From Candidatus Adlerbacteria bacterium (lineage in GTDB: Bacteria > Patescibacteriota > Minisyncoccia > Phycocordibacterales > SBAW01), in NCBI GenBank assembly GCA_003135635.1, contig PLCJ01000002.1, positions 44,898 through 108,897 on the forward strand: a stretch of 64,000 bases of DNA, read 5' to 3'. The translations under genes were made by a program, and so were the position numbers. Shown here in pieces: positions 1 through 10,644 of this stretch (its first letter is position 1; each line of letters begins with the position of its first letter). Under the pieces are notes generated by a model, which was not told the origin of the DNA, searched no databases, and worked only from the letters and a program-made list of their open reading frames with translations.

Positions 1-783
1 TTCAATAATCCAGCAATTCTTATCATAGCCGTTGTCCTTGCGCTTGGCATGAACGTATGGAGTTACTGGAATTCTGACAAGGTGGTGATTGCGATCTCGG
101 GTGCCAAGCCTGCCGACCCAGCAGAGTACCCAGAACTCCATCGTATCGTTGAGAATCTTGCCATCACCGCAGGACTTCCCAAACCTAAGATTTACATCAT
201 TGTGGATCCTTCTCCCAATGCCTTTGCCACCGGTCGCGATGCCAAACACTCCGCGCTTGCGGTTACCAGCGGTCTTTTGGGGATGATGGATAAGGGGGAG
301 CTTGAAGGAGTGATAGCACATGAACTTTCCCATGTTGGTAATCGCGACATACTCATCTCAACAGTAGCGGTGGTGCTGGTCGGATTTGTCGCGCTTGCTT
401 CTAATTTTTTCTTTCGCTCTGCGCTTTTTGGCGGTGGCAGTAGGGAAGAGCGTGGTAACCCCATTCTCATGATCCTTTCCTTGGCCCTTATTGTGCTTGC
501 GCCAATTTTTGCAACTATTCTGCAACTGGCTATCTCCCGCAAACGAGAGTTTCTCGCAGATGCCTCTGGAGCGCTCCTTACGCGATATCCTGAAGGGTTG
601 GCGAGTGCGTTGCGTAAAATTGGTGCGTATCCGAATCCGATGCGCCGCGCTAATAATGCGACTGCGCATCTGTATATTTCAAATCCATTTGGGCCCACTG
701 CCTCTCGTAGCTTTTTGACCCGGTTATTCTCAACTCATCCGCCAATCGAGGAGCGTATAAAAGCTCTCATTGGCGATAAGTAA
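1..783 (+). CDS. htpX: HtpX-like M48 zinc metalloprotease, 5'-partial at window edge
   Basis: The frame is open from nt 1 (ORF track 49..783). HEXXH motif HELSH followed by hydrophobic segments. Confidence 0.8.
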   Translation, partial: FNNPAILIIAVVLALGMNVWSYWNSDKVVIAISGAKPADPAEYPELHRIVENLAITAGLPKPKIYIIVDPSPNAFATGRDAKHSALAVTSGLLGMMDKGELEGVIAHELSHVGNRDILISTVAVVLVGFVALASNFFFRSALFGGGSREERGNPILMILSLALIVLAPIFATILQLAISRKREFLADASGALLTRYPEGLASALRKIGAYPNPMRRANNATAHLYISNPFGPTASRSFLTRLFSTHPPIEERIKALIGDK

Positions 784-825
784 TCTTACCCGGCAGTAAT
801 TTCCATGCTATATTGCCTGCGCATT

Positions 826-910
826 GGAGGCGTCGCATAGCGGTCTAGTGCGCACGCTTGGAAAGCGTGTGTGGGGCAACCCACCGAGAGTTCGAATCTC
901 TCCGCCTCCG
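826..910 (+). tRNA. tRNA-Ser(GGA)
   Basis: Cloverleaf read by eye: acceptor GGAGGCG/CGCCTCC, anticodon loop TTGGAAA, long variable arm, T-loop TTCGAAT, discriminator G. Confidence 0.85.
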
Positions 911-923
911 CAGGTAGTACTTT

Positions 924-1646
924 TTATAAATTAGCCAGCCGTATAGCGAAGAAGAGAACTGCGGCGCCAAATATAGTCATGGCGCTGGTCCAGAAAGTTG
1001 GGTGTACGTGATGACTCTCGGGAACGAGATCCGAAGCGCCGATATACAGGAAGAAGCCCGCAAAGAGCGCCAAGAGTACCCCCAAATGCTCTTGTGTCAG
1101 AGTAAATAAAAACGTTGATAATACTCCGATAACTGGCGCTACGGCATCAACGAGAAGCCATCGAAACGCTTTAGATCGCTCACCCCCATGTCGCACGACT
1201 ACATTAATTGTATTTATGCCGTCAGAAAAATCATGAGCTAAAACAGCTATCGCAACAACCCCGCCGACGGCAGGAGATACTTGGAACGCAAGTCCGATAC
1301 CAACGCCATCAAGAAAGCTGTGAATTGAGAGCGAACCGGCACGAATATGGCCACGCGACTGGGTCTGCTCATGCTCCTCGTGGGCATGGCTGTGAAGTAA
1401 TAAGAGGCGATCGAGCAAAAGATAGAGTAAGAACCCCAGTGCTACGAACGCAATTATATTTTCAATACCGTAGTTTTTTTCTCCTAAGTTTACTGCCTCT
1501 GGCATGAGATCAAAAAATGCTACAGCAATAACCGCTCCCGCGCTAAACCCAAGGATGAGATGTAGTCGGTCACGCAACTTGAGTGCCAGCGAGCCGCCGA
1601 TCATGGTCGAACAGAATGCCGCGATGCTAATTAAAAATGCTGTCAT
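924..1646 (-). CDS. zupT: ZIP-family zinc/metal transporter (ZupT-like)
   Basis: Multi-TM protein with a His-rich loop HSHAHEEHE and the ZIP signature region HDFSDG. Confidence 0.75.
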   Translation of the reverse strand: MTAFLISIAAFCSTMIGGSLALKLRDRLHLILGFSAGAVIAVAFFDLMPEAVNLGEKNYGIENIIAFVALGFLLYLLLDRLLLLHSHAHEEHEQTQSRGHIRAGSLSIHSFLDGVGIGLAFQVSPAVGGVVAIAVLAHDFSDGINTINVVVRHGGERSKAFRWLLVDAVAPVIGVLSTFLFTLTQEHLGVLLALFAGFFLYIGASDLVPESHHVHPTFWTSAMTIFGAAVLFFAIRLANL

Positions 1647-1822
1647 GTTATTTTTTATGCAGTACGATGAACTGCTGTGTAAAGAAAGATTGTCCCTTTT
1701 TCCTCAACGTATAGTATAGCCCATGGAGGTGATGCATTTGTCAGCGTAATGGAATGGCGCGAAGAGGGCTCAGGACACTTTTGTGAGCCCTCCCATGTCT
1801 ACATTAGCTATATACTATCTTT

Positions 1823-2971
1823 ATGAAACTCTCTTTTACTCAGTTTCCGCGAGCCCTCTTGCGCAGATTGCGAGAAAAAAGATTTGCCTACACGCATCTC
1901 ATTGAGGTGCAGATTTATAGACAGGAGGTTCTCCATAATTACAGTATTTTTCAGCTCAAACTACCCACTCTCCAAGTTGCTCCTGTTTTGAAGAGCAACG
2001 CGTACGGTCATGGGTTAGTGGAGGTGGCCCGGATTCTTGATACACAAGGAATTCCTTTTCTTTGTGTAGACTCCTTCTTTGAAGCACTTATTCTTCGCAA
2101 TGAAGGAATCGTCTCTCCCATACTTATCATCGGGTACACACCTCTTCATAATCTACTGAAGAGAGATCTTCCTGGAGTTTCCTTCAGCCTCATAAGCCTT
2201 CAAGAGTTACAGCGAGCGATTAAGACCATTAACGCTCTGACCTTGCTCCACCTCAAAATAGATACCGGAATGCATCGGCAGGGGATTATGGAAAGTGAAA
2301 TTGAGGAAGCGATCACTCTTCTTAAATCAAATAAGCACGTCGTGCTTGAAGGTATCTTCTCGCACCTTGCTGAGATAAATACTCCTCATACGTCAACACA
2401 GATTGCGCTTTGGAATAAAATTGCAAAAAGAATCCATGAAGCGTTTCCTTCTTTGCGTTATATCCATTGCTCTGCCACGGCGGGGATTGTTCACGCAAAA
2501 GAAATTTATGCAAATACAATGCGTCTCGGCATAGGTCTCTATGGAATAAACCCTGGATTACTTGATCTTGATTTGCACCCAGCTCTCGAGATGCGCAGTC
2601 GCATCAGCTCTCTTCGCACTGTAGAAGTCGGGGAGTCCGTAGGCTACGGGGGCACATTTACTGCAGAAAATGACATGAGGATAGCCACTGTCCCTGCGGG
2701 CTACAGCGAAGGCATAGACCGCAGGCTTTCAAACACTGGCTCTCTTGTTATCCGCGATACCCTCTGTCCCATCGTGGGCGCGGTAAGCATGAATATTACC
2801 TCGCTTGATGTCTCGAGCATTCCAGAGGTATCGCTTGAGGATGAGGTGCTTATCATAAGCAAAGACCCTACGGCCCCTAACTCTATAGAGCGCATGGCTG
2901 AGCTCTGTCACACTATTCCCTATGATCTCCTCGTCCACATTCCGGAACACCTTCACCGTAGGGTGATATAA
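1823..2971 (+). CDS. alr: alanine racemase
   Basis: PLP-lysine motif KSNAYGHG near the N-terminus. Length 382 aa. Confidence 0.85.
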   Translation: MKLSFTQFPRALLRRLREKRFAYTHLIEVQIYRQEVLHNYSIFQLKLPTLQVAPVLKSNAYGHGLVEVARILDTQGIPFLCVDSFFEALILRNEGIVSPILIIGYTPLHNLLKRDLPGVSFSLISLQELQRAIKTINALTLLHLKIDTGMHRQGIMESEIEEAITLLKSNKHVVLEGIFSHLAEINTPHTSTQIALWNKIAKRIHEAFPSLRYIHCSATAGIVHAKEIYANTMRLGIGLYGINPGLLDLDLHPALEMRSRISSLRTVEVGESVGYGGTFTAENDMRIATVPAGYSEGIDRRLSNTGSLVIRDTLCPIVGAVSMNITSLDVSSIPEVSLEDEVLIISKDPTAPNSIERMAELCHTIPYDLLVHIPEHLHRRVI

Positions 2972-3008
2972 TTACTCTGTATATTTTAATGGTTAAGACT
3001 ACATACAT

Positions 3009-3419
3009 ATGGGAATAAATTATCTTGCCGTGGTAGTGGCGGCAGTTGCAGGTTTTGTCGTGGGTGCCCTCTGGTATTCCCCCTTTCTTTTTTCTAAAGA
3101 ATGGATGCGTCTATTGGGACGCACTCCTGAGGACTTTCATAAAAAAACACAGTTCACTCCGGCGCAAGCGATGGTGGGGCAGTTTATCTTGATGCTCGTC
3201 ATCGCGTATGTACTTGCGATTCTCTCCATTGCCCTTGGCATCACGAGCCTCACTGCGGCGCTCACGCTCGCGTTTTGGCTGTGGCTTGGGTTTCTGGCGA
3301 CGGAGATTCTCACGGGAGTGTTCTTTGAAGGCCGACCCATTAAACTTTTCCTCCTCAACGGCGCAGAGCGGCTCATCATGCTTCTGGTAATGGCCGTTAT
3401 CGTTGGTCTGTGGCACTAA
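3009..3419 (+). CDS. small multi-TM membrane protein (DUF1761-like)
   Basis: ATG at 3009. Four hydrophobic helices, WYSP motif near the N-terminus. Confidence 0.55.
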   Translation: MGINYLAVVVAAVAGFVVGALWYSPFLFSKEWMRLLGRTPEDFHKKTQFTPAQAMVGQFILMLVIAYVLAILSIALGITSLTAALTLAFWLWLGFLATEILTGVFFEGRPIKLFLLNGAERLIMLLVMAVIVGLWH

Positions 3420-3883
3420 GATATACGATACGGTGCCTGATAGGAATTGCGGTTGTGGCTCTCCTCGCGTGGGCACTTATGGGATATATGAAACAACCAC
3501 TCTTCCAGCAGGGGCAAGGTACTCTTCCAATGGGTGAGATGACCATTGGTTCTACCACCCTCACGGTTGAAATTGCTTCAACGCCAGCTGAGCAACAAGC
3601 AGGTCTCTCTGGCCGTCCATCACTTGCCCTTGGGCACGGGATGCTCTTTGTTTTTGGTACTCCAGGTGAATATGGCTTTTGGATGAAAGAAATGCTCTTT
3701 TCACTTGATATCATTTTTATAAACAGTGAAAAGAGTGTCGTCACTGTGTATCCTGAACTTACTCCGGGAACCTATCCAGAAGCATTTTATCCGGCCAATC
3801 CCGCGCTGTACGTACTTGAAGTGCCTGCAGGATTTGCCGCTCAGCATGGCATTGTAGAAGGTTCCAAAGTTGTGTTACAGTAG
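3410..3883 (+). CDS. DUF192 (COG1430) domain protein
   Basis: The ORF-track start is GTG; an in-frame ATG at 3479 is an alternative start. N-terminal TM segment followed by a region matching the DUF192 consensus. Confidence 0.6.
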   Translation: MALRYTIRCLIGIAVVALLAWALMGYMKQPLFQQGQGTLPMGEMTIGSTTLTVEIASTPAEQQAGLSGRPSLALGHGMLFVFGTPGEYGFWMKEMLFSLDIIFINSEKSVVTVYPELTPGTYPEAFYPANPALYVLEVPAGFAAQHGIVEGSKVVLQ

Positions 3884-3886
3884 CAA

Positions 3887-4190
3887 AAGTGCGTTGGGTA
3901 GCAGCTCCACTCTTATAGGAGTGGAGAGGAAAGTCCGAACACTTACCTTGGCGTAAGCCAAGGACAGGTAGCAGGTAACGCCTGTCATGCGCTTCTAGCA
4001 GGCGCAAGAGGTGCGAACAGAGACGAGTCTTCGCTTCGGCGAAGGGTGAAACGGCTAAATCCTTACTTAAGTGCAAGGCCGTGCCCCGCAAGGGGAGTGC
4101 CGCTTGAGCTTTACGGCGACGTGAGGCCCAGATAAATTGCTATCGGATCCGCTTTGCGGATAGAACAGAATTCGGCTTATAAACGCACAT
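3887..4190 (+). ncRNA. rnpB: RNase P RNA (bacterial type A, minimal)
   Basis: P4 halves AGGAAAGTCCGAAC and ACAGAATTCGGCTTA. Conserved GGTAACGCCTG and AAGGGTGAAA elements. P1 pairs GTGCGTT (3889-3895) with AACGCAC (4182-4188). P3 hairpin CTCCACTC/GAGTGGAG. Confidence 0.85.
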
Positions 4191-4206
4191 GCTAGATCAT
4201 GTAAAT

Positions 4207-4237
4207 GCCCCGCCTTACCGCGGGGCGTTTGCGTTTT
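4207..4237 (+). terminator. rho-independent terminator after rnpB
   Basis: Stem GCCCCGC / GCGGGGC with loop CTTACC, followed by GTTTGCGTTTT. Confidence 0.7.
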
Positions 4238-4282
4238 AAAGCAGTTACAGGAAAGTGGGGTATACTCTTTTTATACGAACTA

Positions 4283-6649
4283 ATGCACGAGTACCGCATG
4301 GAAGAACAGAGAGACATACCACAAAGCAATAGCTCAAAGAGACTTATAAGCAGTGCGCGCCTCGTTTATCTGACAGGTATAGTGTTTGCCCTGGTACTCG
4401 TGGTTCCAACCGCGTGGTTCCCGCTTCAGCTCGGCAAATTGGCCGCATACGCCCTGTGTCTTGTTATTGCGGGAATATTGTTTCTCCTCGGCGGTGGCAT
4501 GCGCCGCATGCTGCAGGGGGGAGGTATAGGCACCGCGCTGTTAGTAGCGATTCTACCTCTGGTATATCTTTTGTCCTTTTATTTCTCGATTGACCGTGGA
4601 GTGGGACTCCTCAGTTCTGGTCTTGGGGCAGACACCATCCTTTTCACCACGCTTGGTTTCTTGGGATTTCTTCTTGCCTTTGGCATGTTTCGCTCACCCC
4701 GTGAAGTGCGCCTTCTTATATCGGTTGTATTTATTTCTCTTATCGCGGCAGCGATATTTCAGTGCATTACGATCGCATTCGGTACTGCAGCGATTCCATT
4801 TCAAGCATTTAGTGATCGCTCCACTAATCTTATTGGTAAATGGAATGACCTCGGCCTTCTGATGGGTATACTCGTGCTGTGGTGCCTGTTGCAACTTGAA
4901 TGGCTCTCACTCTCGGTACTTCGCAGGAGTCTTCTTATCGGGCTCGTTTTTCTTGTTGGAGTGCTTCTTGCTCTTATTCATTTCACTCTGGTATGGGGAC
5001 TTGTGTGTGCCTTCTCGCTTCTTATCGCTGCCGCTGTCAGTATTGCAAGACATCCAGGCGATACTACTGGAGGAATTTTCAAGCATCTTCCTTGGTACTC
5101 TCTCATCATCGCAGTGGTGTCGATTCTCTTTCTTATTTTTGGCTCCAATATCAATGTGGGTCTCTCCAAGATATTCCCCGTTTCTTCTTTGGAAATTCGA
5201 CCCTCCGCCAGCGCTACACTTTCAATCGTACAAGCATCCCATCCCAGTGTGTTGCGCGCTTTGGTCGGCACTGGCCCGGACACGTTTACAAAAGAGTGGC
5301 TTTTACATAAGCCCCTAGAGTTAAATCTCTCTCAGTTTTGGAATATTGATTTCAATGTCGGATTCTCGACCCTCTTTACTGCCTTTGCGAGCGTGGGACT
5401 TTTCGGAGCCGCTGCGTGGCTTATTCCTTTGCTGCTCTCGCTTATCGCCTTAGCCAACATATTGCGATCATCAATGCACGGGCGAAGCGAGAAACTCGCA
5501 GCTGCAACTGTGGGCGCTGCGGCGATATACCTTTGGATTGCAGAGGGATTTTATGTCCTCAGTCAAAATCTCATTCTTTTGGGATTTATTCTTACCGGTG
5601 CACTCCTGGGGCTTGCATATACTTCAGCAGTACCTGCTTCTTTAAAAATGCCATGGCGCGCGCGGGGCACGCTCGGGATTCTTAGTCTCCTCATGCTGCT
5701 CGGTATGCTCATGCTTGCGTTTCTAAGCGGCCGACTCTTTATAGCCGAAGCGTACGCCAATAAAGGACTTTTTGCTTTAAATTCAGGGGATATCACTAGT
5801 GCGCTTAGCGATGCTGCCAAAGGAGCGAAATACGGAAAAAATGAGGATGTACTGCAGCTACAGATGCAAGCAGACCTTGCACAGCTTCAGCAGCTTGCGA
5901 GTGCTTCTTCGACACCGACTAGCGAACTTCAACAGCAGTTTACTACTGCCGCTCAGCAAGCTATAGCCGCAGGCAAAGAAGCTACCTCCCTTGATCCTGC
6001 TGATTACGGCTCGTACGTTGCACTGGGACAAGTGTATGATCTGCTTTCCTCCCTCAAGATCCAAGGTGCCTATACGCTCGCACAAAGTGCGTACGGGGAG
6101 GCTGCGAAAGAAGATCCAACGAATCCAACAATTCCTCTTTTGCAAGCTCGTCTTGAATCAGCGCAGGGCAATCCGCAAGGAATGCAGCAATTTCTACAGC
6201 AAGCACTCACCTTAAAGCAAAACTATACGGATGCCATTCTCTTTGTAGTGCAGCTTGATGTGGCGCAGAAGGATCTTCCAAGCGCAATTCAAGCAGCGAA
6301 AGCAGCAGTGCAAAGTGCTCCTAGCGTTCCCGCTATTTGGTTTGAGCTCGGTCTTCTCTACTACACAGGAGGGGATACCGCGGATGCTATTATGCCACTG
6401 GAGCAGGCTGTAGTGCTTCAGAGCAATTATGCAAACGCCAAATATTTTCTCGGCCTCTCCTATTACGCTCAAGGCAGAACAGCAGATGCCATCAAACAGT
6501 TTGAGGATCTTCAAGCAACAAATCCAGACAATCAAGAAGTAGTATTGATTCTTTCCAACATGCAAGCAGGAAAGCCGCCCTTCACCTCCGCCCAGCCTCC
6601 CATCACTGCAAATCCCCAAAATCGTGCCACAGCGCCTATTTCGCAATAA
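4283..6649 (+). CDS. O-antigen ligase (Wzy_C)-like polytopic membrane protein with C-terminal TPR repeats
   Basis: About 12 TM helices over some 450 aa, then a TPR-like C-terminal third. The ORF track starts at 4205 inside the terminator, so the first ATG after the terminator (4283) was taken. Confidence 0.65.
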   Translation: MHEYRMEEQRDIPQSNSSKRLISSARLVYLTGIVFALVLVVPTAWFPLQLGKLAAYALCLVIAGILFLLGGGMRRMLQGGGIGTALLVAILPLVYLLSFYFSIDRGVGLLSSGLGADTILFTTLGFLGFLLAFGMFRSPREVRLLISVVFISLIAAAIFQCITIAFGTAAIPFQAFSDRSTNLIGKWNDLGLLMGILVLWCLLQLEWLSLSVLRRSLLIGLVFLVGVLLALIHFTLVWGLVCAFSLLIAAAVSIARHPGDTTGGIFKHLPWYSLIIAVVSILFLIFGSNINVGLSKIFPVSSLEIRPSASATLSIVQASHPSVLRALVGTGPDTFTKEWLLHKPLELNLSQFWNIDFNVGFSTLFTAFASVGLFGAAAWLIPLLLSLIALANILRSSMHGRSEKLAAATVGAAAIYLWIAEGFYVLSQNLILLGFILTGALLGLAYTSAVPASLKMPWRARGTLGILSLLMLLGMLMLAFLSGRLFIAEAYANKGLFALNSGDITSALSDAAKGAKYGKNEDVLQLQMQADLAQLQQLASASSTPTSELQQQFTTAAQQAIAAGKEATSLDPADYGSYVALGQVYDLLSSLKIQGAYTLAQSAYGEAAKEDPTNPTIPLLQARLESAQGNPQGMQQFLQQALTLKQNYTDAILFVVQLDVAQKDLPSAIQAAKAAVQSAPSVPAIWFELGLLYYTGGDTADAIMPLEQAVVLQSNYANAKYFLGLSYYAQGRTADAIKQFEDLQATNPDNQEVVLILSNMQAGKPPFTSAQPPITANPQNRATAPISQ

Positions 6650-8327
6650 GATAGCTATGCGGTTGTCTTTTTTTTCGACGATCAACCGCGAAGTGCATGG
6701 TATGCACCAAGCGGCGTATCTCCTGGCCGCGTTCGCCTTTGCTTCTCAGTTGTTGGCGCTCCTTCGTGACCACTTGCTTGCGGCGAGCTTTGGCACAGGT
6801 CATGTTCTTGACCTATACTACGCGGCATTTCGTATTCCGGATTTTTTGTTTGCCACCGTGGCCACTCTGCTGTCTTTATACGCGCTCCTGCCAATTCTTT
6901 CTAAAGTTGAAGATGCGCATCCCGGTCAAATGGCATCATTTTTGCGGGGAGCACTACTCCTTTTTTTTATCGTCATGGGATGTCTTGCAGGGGTGCTTTA
7001 TATCTGGACGCCAGTGTTGGTGCACTTTATTGCCCCAGGACTTACAAGTCCTTTACTAATTCCCCTTGTACGCATTTTGCTGCTGCAACCCATTTTATTG
7101 GGTGCATCAAATACTGTGGCATCGCTAACCCAGCTGCGCCATCGGTTCGTTCTCTACTCTATATCGCCGCTTTTGTATAACCTTGGCATCATCTTCGGTA
7201 TCATCGTTTTATATCCGCATCTGGGAATTGTAGGACTTGGATGGGGGGTCATCATCGGAGCATTCTTGCATCTTTTTATTCAGATTCCATTTTTTACTGC
7301 CGAAAAGATAGAGACGCCGATGCCCTGGAAGGATATGATTTATGCGCTTAAGCATGTGCTTGCGCTTTCTGTTCCGCGTACACTCGTACTTGCTTCCACT
7401 CAGATAACTATTCTTGTCCTTGTTGCACTGGCATCATTTTTTGCTACCGGATCAATCTCTGTTTTTATGTTTGCCTATAACTTACAAGCGGTGCCAGTTA
7501 CTATTATTGGCTTGTCCTATTCAATCGCCGCGTTTCCAACGCTTGCGCGCCTCCATGCACGGGGACAGCGGGCAGATTTTATCAAACATATTGAAGCAGC
7601 ACTGCGCCACACCATGCTCTGGTCAATTCTTACGACCATTTTTGTCATTGTGTTGCGAGCGCAGCTCGTGCGCGTAATTTTAGGGGCTGGTGCATTTGAT
7701 TGGACCGCAACTCGTCTTACTGCTGCAGCGCTCGCGCTTTTTATTCTTTCGCTCCTAGGACAAAATGCTACGCTTCTGATCTCTCGGGCCTATTACGCGG
7801 CGGGTAATACCGTGCGGCCGCTTTTATATGGAATCTCCGATATCGTCGTTTCCGTATGCTCCGCACTCTTTTGTATCTGGATATTTCAGCACTATCTCCC
7901 CGTACGAGCGTTTGTAGAATCTCTACTGCGGGTTGACGATGTGCCTGGCACGATCGTGCTTACCCTGGCATTTGGGTATGCTTTGGGCTCCATTGTTGAA
8001 TTTCTCATTGGTTTTTTCTTTTTTGTACGCGACTTTTCTTTACCCCTGCGCAGATTGGGGCGATTGTGTTTTGAAATATTTTCCGCATCGGTTCTTGGCG
8101 CTGCTGTATCCTACGGCCTGTTGGCCGCCACAGGTTCTTTGGTGAATATAAATACAACTCTGGGGGTGGCGATACAAGGGAGCGCAGCGGGACTTGCGGG
8201 ACTCCTGGTCACCGTATTTATCCTCAGCGTTCTTGGTAACGCGGAGTTAAAAGAAACCATAAGTGCTCTGAAGCGTCGTTTTTCACCTGATGCCGTTGCT
8301 CTGGAGCCCACCGATATTGCTTCCTAA
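6624..8327 (+). CDS. murJ: lipid II flippase MurJ (MviN family)
   Basis: 14-TM MOP-superfamily profile (FGTGHVLDLYYAAFRIPDFLF and related MurJ signature stretches). An alternative start ATG at 6702 would avoid overlap with the upstream gene. Confidence 0.8.
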   Translation: MPQRLFRNKIAMRLSFFSTINREVHGMHQAAYLLAAFAFASQLLALLRDHLLAASFGTGHVLDLYYAAFRIPDFLFATVATLLSLYALLPILSKVEDAHPGQMASFLRGALLLFFIVMGCLAGVLYIWTPVLVHFIAPGLTSPLLIPLVRILLLQPILLGASNTVASLTQLRHRFVLYSISPLLYNLGIIFGIIVLYPHLGIVGLGWGVIIGAFLHLFIQIPFFTAEKIETPMPWKDMIYALKHVLALSVPRTLVLASTQITILVLVALASFFATGSISVFMFAYNLQAVPVTIIGLSYSIAAFPTLARLHARGQRADFIKHIEAALRHTMLWSILTTIFVIVLRAQLVRVILGAGAFDWTATRLTAAALALFILSLLGQNATLLISRAYYAAGNTVRPLLYGISDIVVSVCSALFCIWIFQHYLPVRAFVESLLRVDDVPGTIVLTLAFGYALGSIVEFLIGFFFFVRDFSLPLRRLGRLCFEIFSASVLGAAVSYGLLAATGSLVNINTTLGVAIQGSAAGLAGLLVTVFILSVLGNAELKETISALKRRFSPDAVALEPTDIAS

Positions 8328-10103
8328 ATGACTCAGATCAGAAATTTCAGCATCATAGCCCATATCGACCACGGTAAATCGACACTGGCTGACCGATTTC
8401 TTGAACTTGCGGGAACAATTGAGAAGCGCAAAATGCGCGAGCAAGTGCTTGACTCGATGGAGCTTGAGCGCGAGCGCGGGATTACCATTAAAATGCAGCC
8501 GGTTCGTATGCTGTGGCAGGACTATGTGCTCAATCTCATCGATACGCCGGGCCACATTGATTTCTCTTATGAAGTCTCCCGTGCACTCTCTGCAGTTGAG
8601 GGGGTGATCCTTCTGGTTGATGCGACTCAGGGTATCCAAGCTCAGACGCTCACGACCTTGCGCATGGCCCAGGCTCTGGAACTGGTCATTGTGCCTGCAG
8701 TATCGAAAATTGACTCGCCGCTTGCGCAAACAAACGACACACGTCAGCAACTTTCTTCACTTCTCTCTGTACCTCTTGATCAAGTTCTCTTGTGTTCAGG
8801 TAAAACAGGAGAAGGAGTAGCCGAGCTTCTTCAGGCGGTTATTGATCTAATACCTCCACCATCTGCCCAAACACAAACAACACTCGCCAGAGGGCTCGTA
8901 TTTGATTTTCAATATTCTGACCACCAAGGCGTTATCGTATATTTGCGTATTATGGAAGGAGAAATTAAAAAAGGGGAATCATTGGAATTTGCGGTAAGCG
9001 GTCACACGTTTACTGCTCTTGAGGTTGGCATCTTTTCGCCCCAGCCGACCGCAAAACCTTTCCTTAAGGCAGGGGAGATAGGATATGTGGTGACTGGAAT
9101 CAAAAGTCCCGGGTTTGCGCGGGTGGGGGATACCATTCGTGCCCGAGGCTCCAAAGCGGCACCCTTATCGGGGTATATCGAGCCCAAACCGGTGGTATGG
9201 GCAAGTATATATCCTGAAAGTCAGGACGATTTTATTCTCTTGCGCCAGGGGCTTTCTCGTTTGCGTCTTTCTGATTCAGCGCTTTCGTTTGAGGAAGAAT
9301 CCTCAGGAATGCTCGGCAGAGGATTTCGCTGCGGGTTTTTGGGGATGCTCCATCTTGAAATTACGACAGAGCGTCTTCGCAGGGAGTTTGCTCTTTCCCT
9401 GGTTGTTACGACACCCACCATCACCTATGAAGTTGAAACACGCGACGGCAAACGTCACACCGTGTACTCACCGGCACAGTTTCCTGAGTACGGAGAGATT
9501 GTCCATATATGGGAGCCGTTTGTGCGTGCCCAAGTGATTGCCCCTTCCCAGTACGTTGGTGCGATCCTACCTCTTTTGTACGCGCATGAGGCTAGCGTTG
9601 AGACAACAGATACTTTTTCTGAAGGACGGGTTGTGATAGAAGCGATTATGCCACTTCGCGAGATGATGCGAAATTTTTTTGATAAGCTCAAAAGCGCAAC
9701 GTCTGGATATTCATCTGTCTCATATGAATTGCGTGAATTGCGCTCTGCAGATGTCGCTCGACTCGATATCTTTCTCGCCGATGAACTCGTCCCCGCATTC
9801 TCGCGCATTGTCGCAAAACACCATGCATATGAAGAAGCGCAGGCAGTCGTTGAGAAACTCTACGCTATTTTGCCTCGCCAGCAGTTTGCGGCAAAGATCC
9901 AAGGAAGAGCATTGGGGCGCATTCTTTCTTCAAAGACGCTTCCTGCACTGCGTAAAGATGTGACCGGATATCTCTATGGGGGAGATAGAACACGTAAAAT
10001 GAAACTCTGGGCAAAACAAAAACGGGGCAAAGAAAAACTCAAGGAGCGTGGCCGCGTCCATATTCCAGAGGAGGTGTTTTTAAAAATGATAAAATCCGAG
10101 TAA
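8328..10103 (+). CDS. lepA: elongation factor 4 (LepA)
   Basis: GTPase motifs [14 protein letters not shown] and SKID. LepA-specific C-terminal domain. Confidence 0.95.
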   Translation: MTQIRNFSIIAHIDHGKSTLADRFLELAGTIEKRKMREQVLDSMELERERGITIKMQPVRMLWQDYVLNLIDTPGHIDFSYEVSRALSAVEGVILLVDATQGIQAQTLTTLRMAQALELVIVPAVSKIDSPLAQTNDTRQQLSSLLSVPLDQVLLCSGKTGEGVAELLQAVIDLIPPPSAQTQTTLARGLVFDFQYSDHQGVIVYLRIMEGEIKKGESLEFAVSGHTFTALEVGIFSPQPTAKPFLKAGEIGYVVTGIKSPGFARVGDTIRARGSKAAPLSGYIEPKPVVWASIYPESQDDFILLRQGLSRLRLSDSALSFEEESSGMLGRGFRCGFLGMLHLEITTERLRREFALSLVVTTPTITYEVETRDGKRHTVYSPAQFPEYGEIVHIWEPFVRAQVIAPSQYVGAILPLLYAHEASVETTDTFSEGRVVIEAIMPLREMMRNFFDKLKSATSGYSSVSYELRELRSADVARLDIFLADELVPAFSRIVAKHHAYEEAQAVVEKLYAILPRQQFAAKIQGRALGRILSSKTLPALRKDVTGYLYGGDRTRKMKLWAKQKRGKEKLKERGRVHIPEEVFLKMIKSE

Positions 10104-10234
10104 GTGTTATAGCAACACAGAGAAGTACGCAAATACCATCGATACGATGACGGCAATAGCGAGAATGGTAGCAAGAATGCGAACATCCCGTTGGCGATTT
10201 TTACCGAACATATAGGGGAGTATATACTGAATGG

Positions 10235-10624
10235 ATGCAAGGACACAAGCGCAAACGGACACAACAAAGCGAGATAGCGCATATTGGTTTTCAAGCGATC
10301 GGTGCACTCGCACTTTTATTGATTGCCGTGGTATCAGTCCGGGCCGCATGGAATGTGTACGGTAAGTTTGTGGAAGCCTCAGCGGGTCAACAAATTGCCC
10401 AGGCACAACTGGCATCGCTTCAATCCCAAGAGCAAACGATAAATGCAGATCTTACGCAGCTTAATTCTCCTGGAGGTCTTGAAGCTGAAGTACGTGCGCG
10501 TTATGGAGTTGTAAAACCTGGAGAAGGAGAAATTCAAATTGTAGAAAATCAAAGCGTAGCCCCAACCACCACGCCAGGGCAGGAAAGTATCTGGGTGCGC
10601 TTTTGGCACCTGGTGGCATGGTAG
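10235..10624 (+). CDS. ftsB: septum formation initiator (FtsB/DivIC family)
   Basis: Single TM helix, coiled coil and the conserved YGVVKPGE motif. Confidence 0.65.
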   Translation: MQGHKRKRTQQSEIAHIGFQAIGALALLLIAVVSVRAAWNVYGKFVEASAGQQIAQAQLASLQSQEQTINADLTQLNSPGGLEAEVRARYGVVKPGEGEIQIVENQSVAPTTTPGQESIWVRFWHLVAW

Positions 10625-10644
10625 GATTCGCTTCATGCTTGAAT

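Noticed and set aside
8283-8750. 155-aa minus-strand ORF
   Set aside because: Antisense to the lepA 5' region. lepA is unambiguous.
10107-10415. 102-aa minus-strand ORF overlapping the FtsB-like gene
   Set aside because: The overlapping plus-strand ORF carries the conserved FtsB/DivIC motif (YGVVKPGE) and fits the gene spacing after lepA. The minus ORF has no recognisable features.
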